This document shows, piece by piece, positions 42,204-51,851 of a DNA stretch of 64,000 nt. How positions within the stretch are numbered: the stretch's first letter is position 1; each line of letters opens with the position of its first letter. The translations under genes and the position numbers were made by a program. This DNA comes from Candidatus Binatia bacterium (GTDB lineage Bacteria > Desulfobacterota > Binatia > Bin18), in NCBI GenBank assembly GCA_963666315.2, contig CAXXHG010000014.1, positions 128,001 through 192,000 of the forward strand, read 5' to 3'. The notes below the pieces were generated by a model. That model saw nothing but the letters and a program-made list of their open reading frames with translations, was not told the origin of the DNA and did no database searches.

Positions 42204-42656
42204 CTAGTCCTGTGCGTCCGCGTCCTTGAAGACCAGGGCAAAGCCGCGGCGGAACAACGTAAATTTGCGGTCTGCGGATTGAGCATACCGCCCAGTTTGG
42301 CCCTGTCCCTTTTGGAGGACCCAGTCTGGGTAAGAGTCTTCCATATTCATATGGTCCACTTCCTGTGGCGGCAGTAAGACCACAGCATCCGCACCCACTT
42401 CACACGCTTTATCCCGAATGAGAGCGTTCATTTTTTCCAACCCGTCAAATCTATTGCCATATGAGACGATCTGGACAAACACATCGTACGGTCGAGATGG
42501 GGGTTCGGTCAGCATGCCAACCTGACAATCCGCCGGCCGCGACTCTGGATAGATCGGCGCAATCCGCTCTTCAATAGTCATCGGTTTCGCAGGACGCAAG
42601 AAACAACCGGTAAGAAAACTGATACAAACGAATAGCCAACCGTAGGCTCTGCGCAT
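42204..42656 (-). CDS. Hypothetical lipoprotein
   Basis: Lipobox LTGC; KACEVGADAVV motif. Confidence 0.7.
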   Translation of the reverse strand: MRRAYGWLFVCISFLTGCFLRPAKPMTIEERIAPIYPESRPADCQVGMLTEPPSRPYDVFVQIVSYGNRFDGLEKMNALIRDKACEVGADAVVLLPPQEVDHMNMEDSYPDWVLQKGQGQTGRYAQSADRKFTLFRRGFALVFKDADAQD

Positions 42657-42759
42657 ACTTCTCTCCCTTTTGCTCTTGTCTCCGCAGAACTGGAGTGTAT
42701 ACCGGACTGTACTGTAGATTGCCCCGTGCCGGGACGCAACGACCGCAATGCTGGCAGCA

Positions 42760-43926
42760 CTAATCCCGCAAGAGTCTGCGCGCAATCACCCAACGATGGA
42801 TCTCAGTCGGTCCTTCAAAAATCCGCATTGGACGCAGACGGCGATAGATAAACTCAAGCGGCATTTCTTTTGACATGCCCATCCCACCATGCATCTGCAT
42901 CGCCCGGTCAGCAACGCGGGTGGCCATTTCTGTGGCAAAGACCTTGAGCATGGACGCCTCTTGCCGTACGTCATCACCCTGGTCGAACTTCCACGCCCCG
43001 TGATGAGCCATCAGTCGCGAGGCGTGGATATCAATGGCCGAGTCCGCAATAAACCACTGAACCGCTTGGCGGTCCGCTAGCTTCTGACCGAAGGTCACAC
43101 GCTGTTTTGCGTAGTCCACCATCATATCCAGACAGCGTTGAGCCAACCCTACACACCAACATCCGATCTCTAAGCGCCGAACGGTCAGCCGGAGTTGCAT
43201 GGGCGCAAACCCCTGCCCGACTTCACCCAGCACGTGCGAATCCGGAATAGTCATATCCTCAAACACCAGCTCCCAGGGAGCGTGGCCACCGATAACCGGG
43301 ATTTGGCGCTGCAAAATGAAGCCGGGCGTACCTTTATCAACCAGGAAAGCAGTAATCCCGCCACGCGTGCCTTTCTCTTTATCCGTCACGGCCATCACAA
43401 TGATGAAATCGGCAATATGCGCGCGTGAGATCCAAATCTTGCGACCATTGATCACCCATTGGTCACCTTTTTTAACAGCCATGGTTTGCATGCCGGCTGG
43501 ATCCGAGCCTGCCCCAGGTTCAGAGATAGCAATAGCTGACTGCGCCTTCCCTTGCGCATACGGCAGCAGATATTTCTCCCGCTGCTCAGGCGTACACGTT
43601 TGCATCAACATGTGTAGATTCGGAGCATCAGGCGGAAGGGTAAACGGCGTAATCGTCTTGTACAACTCTTCAGTAGCGAGACATTTGGGCAGTGCGCCCA
43701 GATTCAACCCACCAAACTCTTCCGGCACATCGAGGCCCCATAGGCCAGCTTCCCGTGCGACGGAAAGCAAGCGTTCTTCGGCTTCAGGCGGGACGAGGTC
43801 TTCGTCCGTCAGCCCTTGCGTGTCACGCTCCAATACCGTTGTCTCAAGCGGCAGCAGTTCTTGGCGGACAAAGCGGCGCACCGTGTCCTGCAACATGCGG
43901 TACTCTTCGGGTAGTTCAAAATCCAT
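42760..43926 (-). CDS. Acyl-CoA dehydrogenase
   Basis: ISEPGAGSD, INGRKIWIS, RVTFG, QMHGGMG, IFEGPTEIHR. Confidence 0.96.
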   Translation of the reverse strand: MDFELPEEYRMLQDTVRRFVRQELLPLETTVLERDTQGLTDEDLVPPEAEERLLSVAREAGLWGLDVPEEFGGLNLGALPKCLATEELYKTITPFTLPPDAPNLHMLMQTCTPEQREKYLLPYAQGKAQSAIAISEPGAGSDPAGMQTMAVKKGDQWVINGRKIWISRAHIADFIIVMAVTDKEKGTRGGITAFLVDKGTPGFILQRQIPVIGGHAPWELVFEDMTIPDSHVLGEVGQGFAPMQLRLTVRRLEIGCWCVGLAQRCLDMMVDYAKQRVTFGQKLADRQAVQWFIADSAIDIHASRLMAHHGAWKFDQGDDVRQEASMLKVFATEMATRVADRAMQMHGGMGMSKEMPLEFIYRRLRPMRIFEGPTEIHRWVIARRLLRD

Positions 43927-43947
43927 ACGGTTCTCCCTCTCCTTACA

Positions 43948-44100
43948 CAATTTCCAGTAGATCGTTGTACATTCGCGTTCCTACTTCGACAGGCTCAGTA
44001 CGAACGGCTTCCTCCGAGGACAGAGTGTTTTCCGCTCACCCTGAACTCGTCGAAGGGCGAGCAGTACGGATATTAATGGATAGTTATCAATAAGAAACCG
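43948..44100. mobile_element. 153-bp MITE/REPIN-like element, copy 1
   Basis: Colinear with 46507-46659; internal inverted pair CTTCGACAGGCTCAG (43984-98) and CTGAACTCGTCGAAG (44041-55); right end AGAAACCG then TA. Confidence 0.8.
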
Positions 44101-44234
44101 TATTAGTAAATAGGAATAAGTATCCTACTGATAGGAATAACACTAGCGGTTATCACCGTTCGCAAACATCAAGAATGCAGGCGACTAATTTGCTAATTTG
44201 GTGCCGCTGATATCGTGCTCATAGAAGATAGTAC

Positions 44235-44277
44235 GAATTGCTCACTATGGCTTTTTTGAACAATTCCTGCAAAGGAA
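44235..44277 (+). promoter_or_regulatory. Conserved upstream module, copy A
   Basis: 36/43 identical to 45465-45507; contains the palindrome TTCCT-GCAA-AGGAA. Confidence 0.6.
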
Positions 44278-44361
44278 ATCCCTTGTGTCCCATATCGTGA
44301 ACAGTAAATAGTTTTTTTGGCAGGGAGAAAGCTGATAAGGGGGCAGGAAAGGAGGAGCGCT

Positions 44362-44823
44362 ATGCTCTATAGATGGACGATGCTCGCTGTGGTCTTGGGG
44401 GTGTTTCTTGTCACACCATCCATCGCTCGTGGCGATGATGTGGATGACCTGCGAGCGGCTTACGAACAATACCTTGCGGCCTTCAATCAGAACGACCTTG
44501 CCGCGGCCACGGCGTTTTTGCATGACGAAGTGATGGTATTTGGGCTGGACGGGCCGTTTCCCATAGCCGGAAAGGCTGCCCTCCTGCCTCTTCTTGAGAT
44601 GCTTTTTAGCAATAGTGAGAGCTACACAGCCAGGGCGATAAATCCCAAATTCCGGGTCATTGGAAGCAGCGGGATTATCATTGGGAACGGGACGGCGACG
44701 GTCAAGCCCAAAGACGGACCGCTGGCGACCTCGTTCGTGCGGGTGCTGCAAAGTTGGGTCAAGATGGACGGGCAGTGGCGGCTAGTCGCAAGCCATCTGT
44801 CCTACGTCCCGCCCGGCAATTGA
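44362..44823 (+). CDS. Secreted NTF2-like (DUF4440/SnoaL) protein
   Basis: Signal peptide, YLAAFNQNDL, WVKMDGQWRLVASHLS; AAGGAGG RBS. Confidence 0.85.
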   Translation: MLYRWTMLAVVLGVFLVTPSIARGDDVDDLRAAYEQYLAAFNQNDLAAATAFLHDEVMVFGLDGPFPIAGKAALLPLLEMLFSNSESYTARAINPKFRVIGSSGIIIGNGTATVKPKDGPLATSFVRVLQSWVKMDGQWRLVASHLSYVPPGN

Positions 44824-44941
44824 CGCCCCGTGCAGCACTTGCATTCTTGACAGCGAAGCTGCTTGTTTGCTCCTCTGCGGTTGATGATACGCCCCGCCAA
44901 CAAGATTGTTGTTTTCCCACAGATAAGGAAAGGAGAAGGGT

Positions 44942-45397
44942 ATGCGGAAAAACTTGAGACCCGAGGAATTAGGCGATTTTCTTGAGCAGCCCAAGTTAGC
45001 CATTTTAGCCACGACGTTTAAGGATGGCCGCGTCTTACTCTCCCCGATCTGGCATGAATGGCGGGAAGGCGGGTTTACCGTTCTTATCTTTGAGGGTGAT
45101 GTGAAAGCACGCCACATTGAGCGGGAGGCGCGCGTCAGCATCGTCGTGGCCGAGGACTTGCCAGCCAGTCGCGGGATTGAGGTGCGAGGAGTCGCGCAGC
45201 GGGTGACCGGCGACTTCCACGCAGTTCTGGACCGGGTGGCCTTACGCTATTTCGGGCCACAGCACGGTCCGGCCTACGCAGAGGCGGTGAGCAAGGCGGC
45301 TGTCGCTTATCTGCGGATTGAGCCCGGCGAGCTGCGGGTGTGGGATTTCAAACATGAACAAGACGTTTCGGGCTACCCACACCCTAAGGAGCTTTAA
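44942..45397 (+). CDS. PPOX/pyridoxamine 5'-phosphate oxidase-like protein
   Basis: AILATTFKDG, SPIW, KARHIEREARVSI, GIEVRG. Confidence 0.85.
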   Translation: MRKNLRPEELGDFLEQPKLAILATTFKDGRVLLSPIWHEWREGGFTVLIFEGDVKARHIEREARVSIVVAEDLPASRGIEVRGVAQRVTGDFHAVLDRVALRYFGPQHGPAYAEAVSKAAVAYLRIEPGELRVWDFKHEQDVSGYPHPKEL

Positions 45398-45464
45398 CCC
45401 CAAGCGCCGGACCGCAGAAAGGTCACACCGAAATAGTTAAACAGGCGGGAGCGAAGGAATAGCT

Positions 45465-45507
45465 GAATTTTTCATTATGGCTGTTGTGGGCAATTCCTGC
45501 AAAGGAA
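45465..45507 (+). promoter_or_regulatory. Conserved upstream module, copy B
   Basis: Matches copy A and lies at nearly the same distance from the next ATG. Confidence 0.6.
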
Positions 45508-45590
45508 CATACGGACTACGGCGACCCCAAACTCTTTTGTTGCTTGCGGCAAAGTGAAAAGGCCGTGAGCAGAAAGGGAGGATTCTCTGT

Positions 45591-46043
45591 ATGTCTATTT
45601 CTGTTCCATTTACGGGGGGCTGCGCCTGTGGCGTGATTCGTTACGAGTGCTCTGCGGCGCCTCTGCTTCTGGCACTGTGTCGCTGTCGGAATTGCCAACG
45701 TGCCACCGGCGGGCCGTTCGCCGCCAATGTGTGGGTCGCTCGCTCGGCCCTGACCTTTACGGCGGGCGAACTAAAGTATCGTGTCGTCACGAGCGACCAG
45801 GGCAACGCCGTCTCCTATGGCTTCTGCCCGGCGTGTGGATCGCCGGGCAGCGGGGATGTTGACGTGCTCCCGATTGCGACGGTGAAAGCGGCTAGCCTGG
45901 ACGACCCGAGCGGCCTCGAGCCCGGGATCGAGTTGTATACGTCGTGTGCCTATCCGTGGGATACCCTGAATCCAGCGTTGCCCCAGTTCGCGACCATGCC
46001 TACGGAGGAGGAAATGCAGGCCCTCATGGCGGGCCGGAGCTAG
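45591..46043 (+). CDS. GFA (glutathione-dependent formaldehyde-activating) family protein
   Basis: GGCACG, CRCRNCQRATG, FCPACGSP, SLDDP. Confidence 0.92.
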   Translation: MSISVPFTGGCACGVIRYECSAAPLLLALCRCRNCQRATGGPFAANVWVARSALTFTAGELKYRVVTSDQGNAVSYGFCPACGSPGSGDVDVLPIATVKAASLDDPSGLEPGIELYTSCAYPWDTLNPALPQFATMPTEEEMQALMAGRS

Positions 46044-46206
46044 TATGGAGGAAACCAATCGTCAGAGATATCTAGTCAAAAGGGCGATATGCCTTGGGAG
46101 GAATTTATGAAGGAACGCATGGCGCGATGTTGTTGCGGGGCCGTCGCTGGAAAAATTCTTATTCCTATGACGGGTTTGGTACCTTTATTTAATTGCACCC
46201 AAACCA

Positions 46207-46313
46207 TGAGTACGTTTTACCGCATCGTCGATGGCCAGATAGCCGAGATGTGGGGGGATGAAGATGCGCTCGGACTGATGCAACAACTCAGTGCGGTCCC
46301 GAAAATAGGCTGA
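46207..46313 (+). pseudogene. C-terminal remnant of a SnoaL-like ester cyclase
   Basis: FYRIVDGQIAEMWGDEDALGLMQQL; the family N-terminus is not recognisable. Confidence 0.6.
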
Positions 46314-46506
46314 GTAACCTCCTTCACTCGGATTAGATGACGTACTTGCTTCTTGTGAATTTCTCAAAATGCCTGTTCTGGGCAATTGGCGTATAGGGCA
46401 GGATCGATTTTACTGTGAATTTTGTTCGGTGGCGGGGGATGGTTTTGTACTGTTTTGAGCAGTTGGGCGAGTTCGCGTTGTTATACTGCTCACGGGGCAG
46501 ATCATA

Positions 46507-46659
46507 CGGTTTCCAGTAGATCGTTGTATATTTACGTTCCTACTTCGACAGGCTCAGTACGAACGGGTTCCTCCACGGGCAGAACGTTTTCCGCTCACCC
46601 TGAGCTCGTCGAAGGGCGAGCGGCGCGGACACTGAGGGATGGTCTTCAATAAGAAACTC
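46507..46659. mobile_element. 153-bp MITE/REPIN-like element, copy 2
   Basis: TA|CGGTTTCC...AGAAACTC|TA; internal CTTCGACAGGCTCAG and CTGAGCTCGTCGAAG. Confidence 0.8.
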
Positions 46660-46683
46660 TATCAGATGCCCAATATGTCAGAC

Positions 46684-48054
46684 TTATACTGACGTTTGCA
46701 CACTGTCCGACCCACCCTGCACTGTCTCAAGGGAAGGAGCGGCCAAATGGGCCAGGCCCTGTTCAGCTTGCCATGCGGCGAGGTCTTTTAGTGCCCGATC
46801 CGCCAAGGCGCACTTTTTCTCACGACCGCGCAAGCGTCGTGACAGGCTAGGGAAAAGCCCATAGTTCACGTTCATGGGCTGAAATTCTTTACGCTCAGGG
46901 TCAGTAACATAGGCAAGCATGGCACCAAGTGCAGTCGTCTGTGGCAGTATGAGGAGGCCCTGCCCTTTCACCTGCAATCCCGCATTTGTCCCAGCCAGCC
47001 AGCCAGCCGCAGCAGATTCCAGATAGCCTTCAACGCCTATCATTTGGCCCGCAAAGAATAAATCGTTACGCTGTTTGAATTGGAGCGTGGGTTTGAGTAA
47101 GCGTGGCGACTCAATAAACGTGTTGCGATGCAGGCTGCCTAAACGAACAAACTCGGCGTTGCTGAGTCCTGGAATCATCTGGAAGACCCGGCGTTGCTCC
47201 GGATAGGTCATTTTGGTTTGGAAGCCGACCAGACCCCACAGAGTTCCAGCCCGGTTGTCTTGGCGAAGCTGTACCACCGCGTATGGACGCTCTCTCGTCC
47301 GCGGATCGATCAAACCAACCGGCTTCATCGGCCCATAGGCTAGGGTGTCTTTGCCCCGACGGGCCATTTCTTCGATGGGCAAACAGCCTTCGAAATAAAT
47401 GCAGCGTTCAAACTCCTTCTCCGGAACTTTCTGTGCGGCCAGGATCTCCTCAATGAGCCGATAGTACTCTTCACGCGAGAGCGGGCAGTTCAAATAATCA
47501 TCGCCACCGTAGCCGTAGCGTGACGCTCGAAATGCGCGACGAGAATCAATCGACTCAGCTGTCACAACGGGAGAGATGGCATCGTAAAAATATAAATACT
47601 CTCGGCCAAAAAGTGCGCGGAGTTGATCCGAAAGAGCCGGCGAGGTCAGCGGACCACTGGCAATGACGGTTGGTCCTGACGGAATAGTCTGGACTTCTTC
47701 GCGTCGCACCTCAACGAGCGGCTGAGCGGCCAAGGCATCCGTAATATACTGCGCAAAAACATCGCGATCGACCGCTAAGGCCTGACCGGCTGGAACACGA
47801 GCCCTATCAGCCGCAGCCATCACCAACGACCCTAAGCGGCGCATTTCCTCTTTGAGTAAGCCAACGGCGGCTTCAAGCGCAGCACTCCGAAAGGAATTGG
47901 AACACACCAGCTCAGCAAGTTTGTCAGTATGGTGGGCATCTGTGGGGCGGACCGGACGCATTTCATACAACCGCACAGCAACGCCCTGCTGGGCCAACTG
48001 CCAGGCCGCCTCGCTTCCGGCTAACCCCCCACCGACAACAGTTACAGTCTGCAT
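46684..48054 (-). CDS. trmFO: tRNA m5U54 methyltransferase TrmFO (Gid)
   Basis: [32 protein letters not shown]. Confidence 0.96.
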   Translation of the reverse strand: MQTVTVVGGGLAGSEAAWQLAQQGVAVRLYEMRPVRPTDAHHTDKLAELVCSNSFRSAALEAAVGLLKEEMRRLGSLVMAAADRARVPAGQALAVDRDVFAQYITDALAAQPLVEVRREEVQTIPSGPTVIASGPLTSPALSDQLRALFGREYLYFYDAISPVVTAESIDSRRAFRASRYGYGGDDYLNCPLSREEYYRLIEEILAAQKVPEKEFERCIYFEGCLPIEEMARRGKDTLAYGPMKPVGLIDPRTRERPYAVVQLRQDNRAGTLWGLVGFQTKMTYPEQRRVFQMIPGLSNAEFVRLGSLHRNTFIESPRLLKPTLQFKQRNDLFFAGQMIGVEGYLESAAAGWLAGTNAGLQVKGQGLLILPQTTALGAMLAYVTDPERKEFQPMNVNYGLFPSLSRRLRGREKKCALADRALKDLAAWQAEQGLAHLAAPSLETVQGGSDSVQTSV

Positions 48055-48098
48055 AGCGGTTCTATAGCCTGCCCTGCCACCCGTTGAAAGTGGACCAT

Positions 48099-48124
48099 AA
48101 AAAAGGCGACCTGGTGAGGCCGCC
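48099..48124 (-). terminator. Terminator downstream of topA
   Basis: Minus strand GGCGGCCT-CACC-AGGTCGCC-TTTTTT. Confidence 0.65.
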
Positions 48125-48168
48125 CTTCCATTTTCATGGCTCAAGTCTATTTGCTCTGTACAATGGCC

Positions 48169-50520
48169 TCAGCTTGCTTGAGCCATTTCTTCAGCAGCCG
48201 GCTCAGCGCCTTCTTGCTCGGCACTCTCCTGCTCCACACTGACTTGGTAGTGACATTCCTCGCGCACACAACGCCGCGTTGTCCCAGCCCGTTTGGTTGT
48301 CTTTTCAACAACAAAGGGAGCCTGACACTCCGGACAGGGTTCAGCTATGGGCCGATCCCAGAGTGCGTATTTGCACTTGGGGTAGCGATTACAACTGTAA
48401 AAGACTTTGCCCCGGCGCGAATATTTCTGTTGGATCTCTCCTTCTTCACACTCGGGACATTGTATGCCCAACGACTGGGCCGCAGGTTGGCCTATCTTCT
48501 TGACGTTTTTACATTCCGGATAGCCCGAGCAGCCGAGAAACTTCCCATACCGGCCGTAGCGGATTTGCATCGGACGATTACACTTTTCACACTTCTCGTC
48601 GGTCAAGACGTCTTCCTTCTCTTGCATCACGATCTTACCCTTATCGTCCCGAGTGAAATTGCGTGTCGATTTACATTCCGGATAATTTGAACACGCCAGA
48701 AACTCCCCGTTACGCCCCCAGCGTATCGTCATCTTGCCGTCTTCACATTCCTCACAAGATATATCCGTTGGCTCGCCCGTGCCTTTGACATCACGCATTT
48801 CCTTGTCGGCTTTCGCCAAATCCAAAGCAAACGGTGTATAAAATCGTTCAATCGCACGTCGCCAGTCTTCCTGGCCCTCTTCGATCTGATCGAGAACGGC
48901 TTCCATACCTGCGGTAAATTCCGCGTTCAGAATGTCGGGAAACGATTCAACCAATAAATCAGTAACCAGCATCCCCAAGTCGGTTGGACGCAAGCGCCGT
49001 TGTTCGCCTTCGACAACGTATTCTTTGTTCAGGATCGTACCCATAATGGAGGCATACGTTGACGGCCGACCAATGCCTTTATCTTCCAGTTCTTTAATCA
49101 ACGTTGCTTGAGTAAAGCGGGGCGGGGGCTGGGTAAAGTGCTGGTTGGGAGTCACTTTGTGGAGGGTCAGCCGTTCACCCTCGGTCAATGCCGGCAGTCG
49201 TTTTTCCGTATCGTCCTCTTCTTCGGTCTTATCGTCCTTACCCTCTATATAAACGCGTAGGAAACCGTCAAAACGCAGCACCTGGCCGCTTGCCCGAAAA
49301 ATATATTCGTTGGCCGTTATATCCACTCTCGTTTGTTCAAATTGAGCCGGGGCCATTTGGCTGGCCATAAACCGGTTCCAGATCAGCGCATACAGGCCCA
49401 GTTCTTCCTTTTTGAGATAGGGGGCGACTTTATTGGGTGGATTTTCAAGCGAGGTGGGCCGAATGGCCTCATGCGCTTCCTGGGCAGCTTTGCCCGACCG
49501 AAAAGAGGGTGGCTTCGCAGGCACATACTCCGGCCCATACGTCTGTTCGATATGCGCACGGGCCGCCGTGGTCATTTCTGGCGAGATACGAGGCGAATCG
49601 GTCCGCATATAGGTAATCAAGCCAACCGCGCCTTCGTCGCCCAACTCCACCCCGGCGTATAAACGCTGCGCAATACCCATGGTCCGCGAGGGCGAATAGC
49701 CGAGTTTGCGCGAGGCTTCTTGTTGCAAACGCGAGGTAATGAATGGGGGAGCCGGATTTCGCTTGCGGTCTTTTTTCTCGATCTTCTGAACCGTCCAGTG
49801 CGCTCCATTCAGACCCGAAAGAATTTTCTGGGCTTCTTCTCCGTTTTCAATCCGAAACTTCTTATTGTCGACCTTTTGATCACCAACCTTGAAGAGGTTG
49901 GCCTCAAACACTGGTGGCACAGCGCCTTCCAGTGCAGCCGTAATCGACCAGTATTCCACCGCCACAAAGGCACGAATGGCGCGCTCGCGCTCTGTAATGA
50001 TACGCACGGCGACGGATTGTACTCGGCCGGCCGACAGACCGCGGCGTACTTTTTTCCATAACAGCGGACTGATCTGATACCCGACTAACCGGTCGAGTAC
50101 CCGGCGTGCGACTTGGGCGTCGTAGCGCTTTTGGTTCAGTTCCGCAGGATTTTTCATCGCTTCTTGAACCGCTTTTTTCGTAATTTCATTCAGCAGGACG
50201 CGGTGTATCTTTTGGCCGTTCTTGCCGAGTTTTTCTGCAATATGCCAGGCAATGGCCTCGCCCTCACGGTCCGGGTCTGAAGCCAGAAAGATGTGCTCCT
50301 TTCCTTTGGCCGCTTTTTTGAGTTCGTCAACAATCTTGGCCTTCCCATGGATAATTTGGTATTCGGCAGTAAAGCCGTTCTCAATATCAACGCCGAGTTT
50401 GCTCTTGGGCAGATCCATAATATGCCCAACCGAGGCTTTGACCTGATAGCCACGGCCTAGATATTTTCCGATCGTCCGCGCTTTGGCCGGAGATTCAACA
50501 ATCACCAGGTTCTTCGCCAT
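48169..50520 (-). CDS. topA: DNA topoisomerase I
   Basis: IVESPAKA, DPDREGE, SAGRVQS, ITYMRTDS, three Zn ribbons. Confidence 0.97.
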   Translation of the reverse strand: MAKNLVIVESPAKARTIGKYLGRGYQVKASVGHIMDLPKSKLGVDIENGFTAEYQIIHGKAKIVDELKKAAKGKEHIFLASDPDREGEAIAWHIAEKLGKNGQKIHRVLLNEITKKAVQEAMKNPAELNQKRYDAQVARRVLDRLVGYQISPLLWKKVRRGLSAGRVQSVAVRIITERERAIRAFVAVEYWSITAALEGAVPPVFEANLFKVGDQKVDNKKFRIENGEEAQKILSGLNGAHWTVQKIEKKDRKRNPAPPFITSRLQQEASRKLGYSPSRTMGIAQRLYAGVELGDEGAVGLITYMRTDSPRISPEMTTAARAHIEQTYGPEYVPAKPPSFRSGKAAQEAHEAIRPTSLENPPNKVAPYLKKEELGLYALIWNRFMASQMAPAQFEQTRVDITANEYIFRASGQVLRFDGFLRVYIEGKDDKTEEEDDTEKRLPALTEGERLTLHKVTPNQHFTQPPPRFTQATLIKELEDKGIGRPSTYASIMGTILNKEYVVEGEQRRLRPTDLGMLVTDLLVESFPDILNAEFTAGMEAVLDQIEEGQEDWRRAIERFYTPFALDLAKADKEMRDVKGTGEPTDISCEECEDGKMTIRWGRNGEFLACSNYPECKSTRNFTRDDKGKIVMQEKEDVLTDEKCEKCNRPMQIRYGRYGKFLGCSGYPECKNVKKIGQPAAQSLGIQCPECEEGEIQQKYSRRGKVFYSCNRYPKCKYALWDRPIAEPCPECQAPFVVEKTTKRAGTTRRCVREECHYQVSVEQESAEQEGAEPAAEEMAQAS

Positions 50521-50522
50521 AC

Positions 50523-51634
50523 TTACATTCCTCTTGCTTCGCTTCCTCTCGTAGACGCGAAATACATCCCTGGGAGTTGGGCAACCGATCCTTTTAATTC
50601 TAACCCAAGCAGCACTTCAAGCACACGTGCGGTCTCAAGCCCACTCCCGGTAATTAATGTGTCAACGTGTAGCAGCTCTTCTTCAAACAGTCGAAACAGC
50701 ACCTCTTCGTCCGGCTCCAAAGGGACAACCGGTGCGAGGCTGAGTGCAATCTCGCTCAGTATATCATCAATATTTGCAACAAGTTTTGCGCCGGCCTTAA
50801 TAAGCCGGTGTGGACCACGGCTGCGGCTTGCCGTAATCGGACCAGGAACGGCAAACACCTCACGGTTCTGGTACAGCGCACACTGAGCCGTGATCAATGA
50901 TCCACTCTTTTCCGTTGCCTCCACAACAACCGTGCCGAGACTCATGCCACTAATGACCCGGTTCCGATAGGGGAAATTCCCGGCCTCGGGCCGACTACCG
51001 AGGGCAAACTCCGATACGACCGCTCCATTCTTCGCAATATGCTCTGCCAACGCTTTATGCTCACGTGGATACACTACGTCAAGCCCCGAGCCTAAAACAG
51101 CAATGGTCCGGCCGCCGGCCTCAAGCGTTGCCTGATGAGCCTCGGCATCAATACCACGCGCCATCCCGCTCACGACGCTGATCCTCCCGGCTGCAAGTTC
51201 CTGGGTAAGCTCGCGTGCCACCCCGCGTCCATAGGCACTGGCCATCCGGGCGCCCACAATGGCCATTGATACCCCGTCTTCCAGAACAAAGCTCCCCTGC
51301 ACATAGAGAGAAGGGGCGGGTCATGGATCTGCTTGAGCCTGTCCGGATATTCGTCGTCTGTTCGTGTGACCAAACGCGCCCCAACCTGCTTCAGCCTGTC
51401 GAGTTCAGCCTCAACGTCCGCCCATTGGTCGAATGCCACAATGATTTGCGCAATACGTGGGCTGACACCAGTTTCTATCAGCGCAGCTGTGGAGGCGTTC
51501 AGGACGACCTGGGGTGAAGTAAAATTCTCCAGCAATTGACCATACGTAACATTTCCGACACCGTGTACCATGCGGAGTGTGATCCAGTAGCTCCATTGTG
51601 TCTGGGGATCGCGGTTATCCGCTGGGCCTTGCAT
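50523..51634 (-). pseudogene. dprA: DNA-processing protein DprA, frameshifted near 51310
   Basis: GVGNV...YPDRLKQIHDPP in one frame; YVQG...AIVGAR, SGMARGID, FPYRNRVIS in the next; usual dprA-topA-trmFO order. Confidence 0.9.
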
Positions 51635-51851
51635 AGCTCCTCTCGCTCTTCTCGCTCGCGTCCTGACTACGTTCGTTCAAACTGCTTTGTATGCTGACAG
51701 AGTACGTTACTGTAAAAAATCATGGCACAAAGTAATAACTGGCGCAAATGTACGCCCACCCTTGCCGATAAGGAAGAGCCTTTGCTACAAATCAGCCTCT
51801 ACACAGCAGACAGCATTCTGAAGCGCAACGTATAACAAAAGACTTTCCCGT

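Noticed and set aside
43692-44093. ORFs 43692-44093 and 46422-46652 sharing the peptide SAHPELVEGR
   Set aside because: The similarity is just translation of the 153-bp repeat.
43948-46659. Integron or CRISPR interpretation of the repeats
   Set aside because: Only two long repeats, no regular repeat-spacer period, no intI or cas genes, and I could not identify attC R-box pairs.
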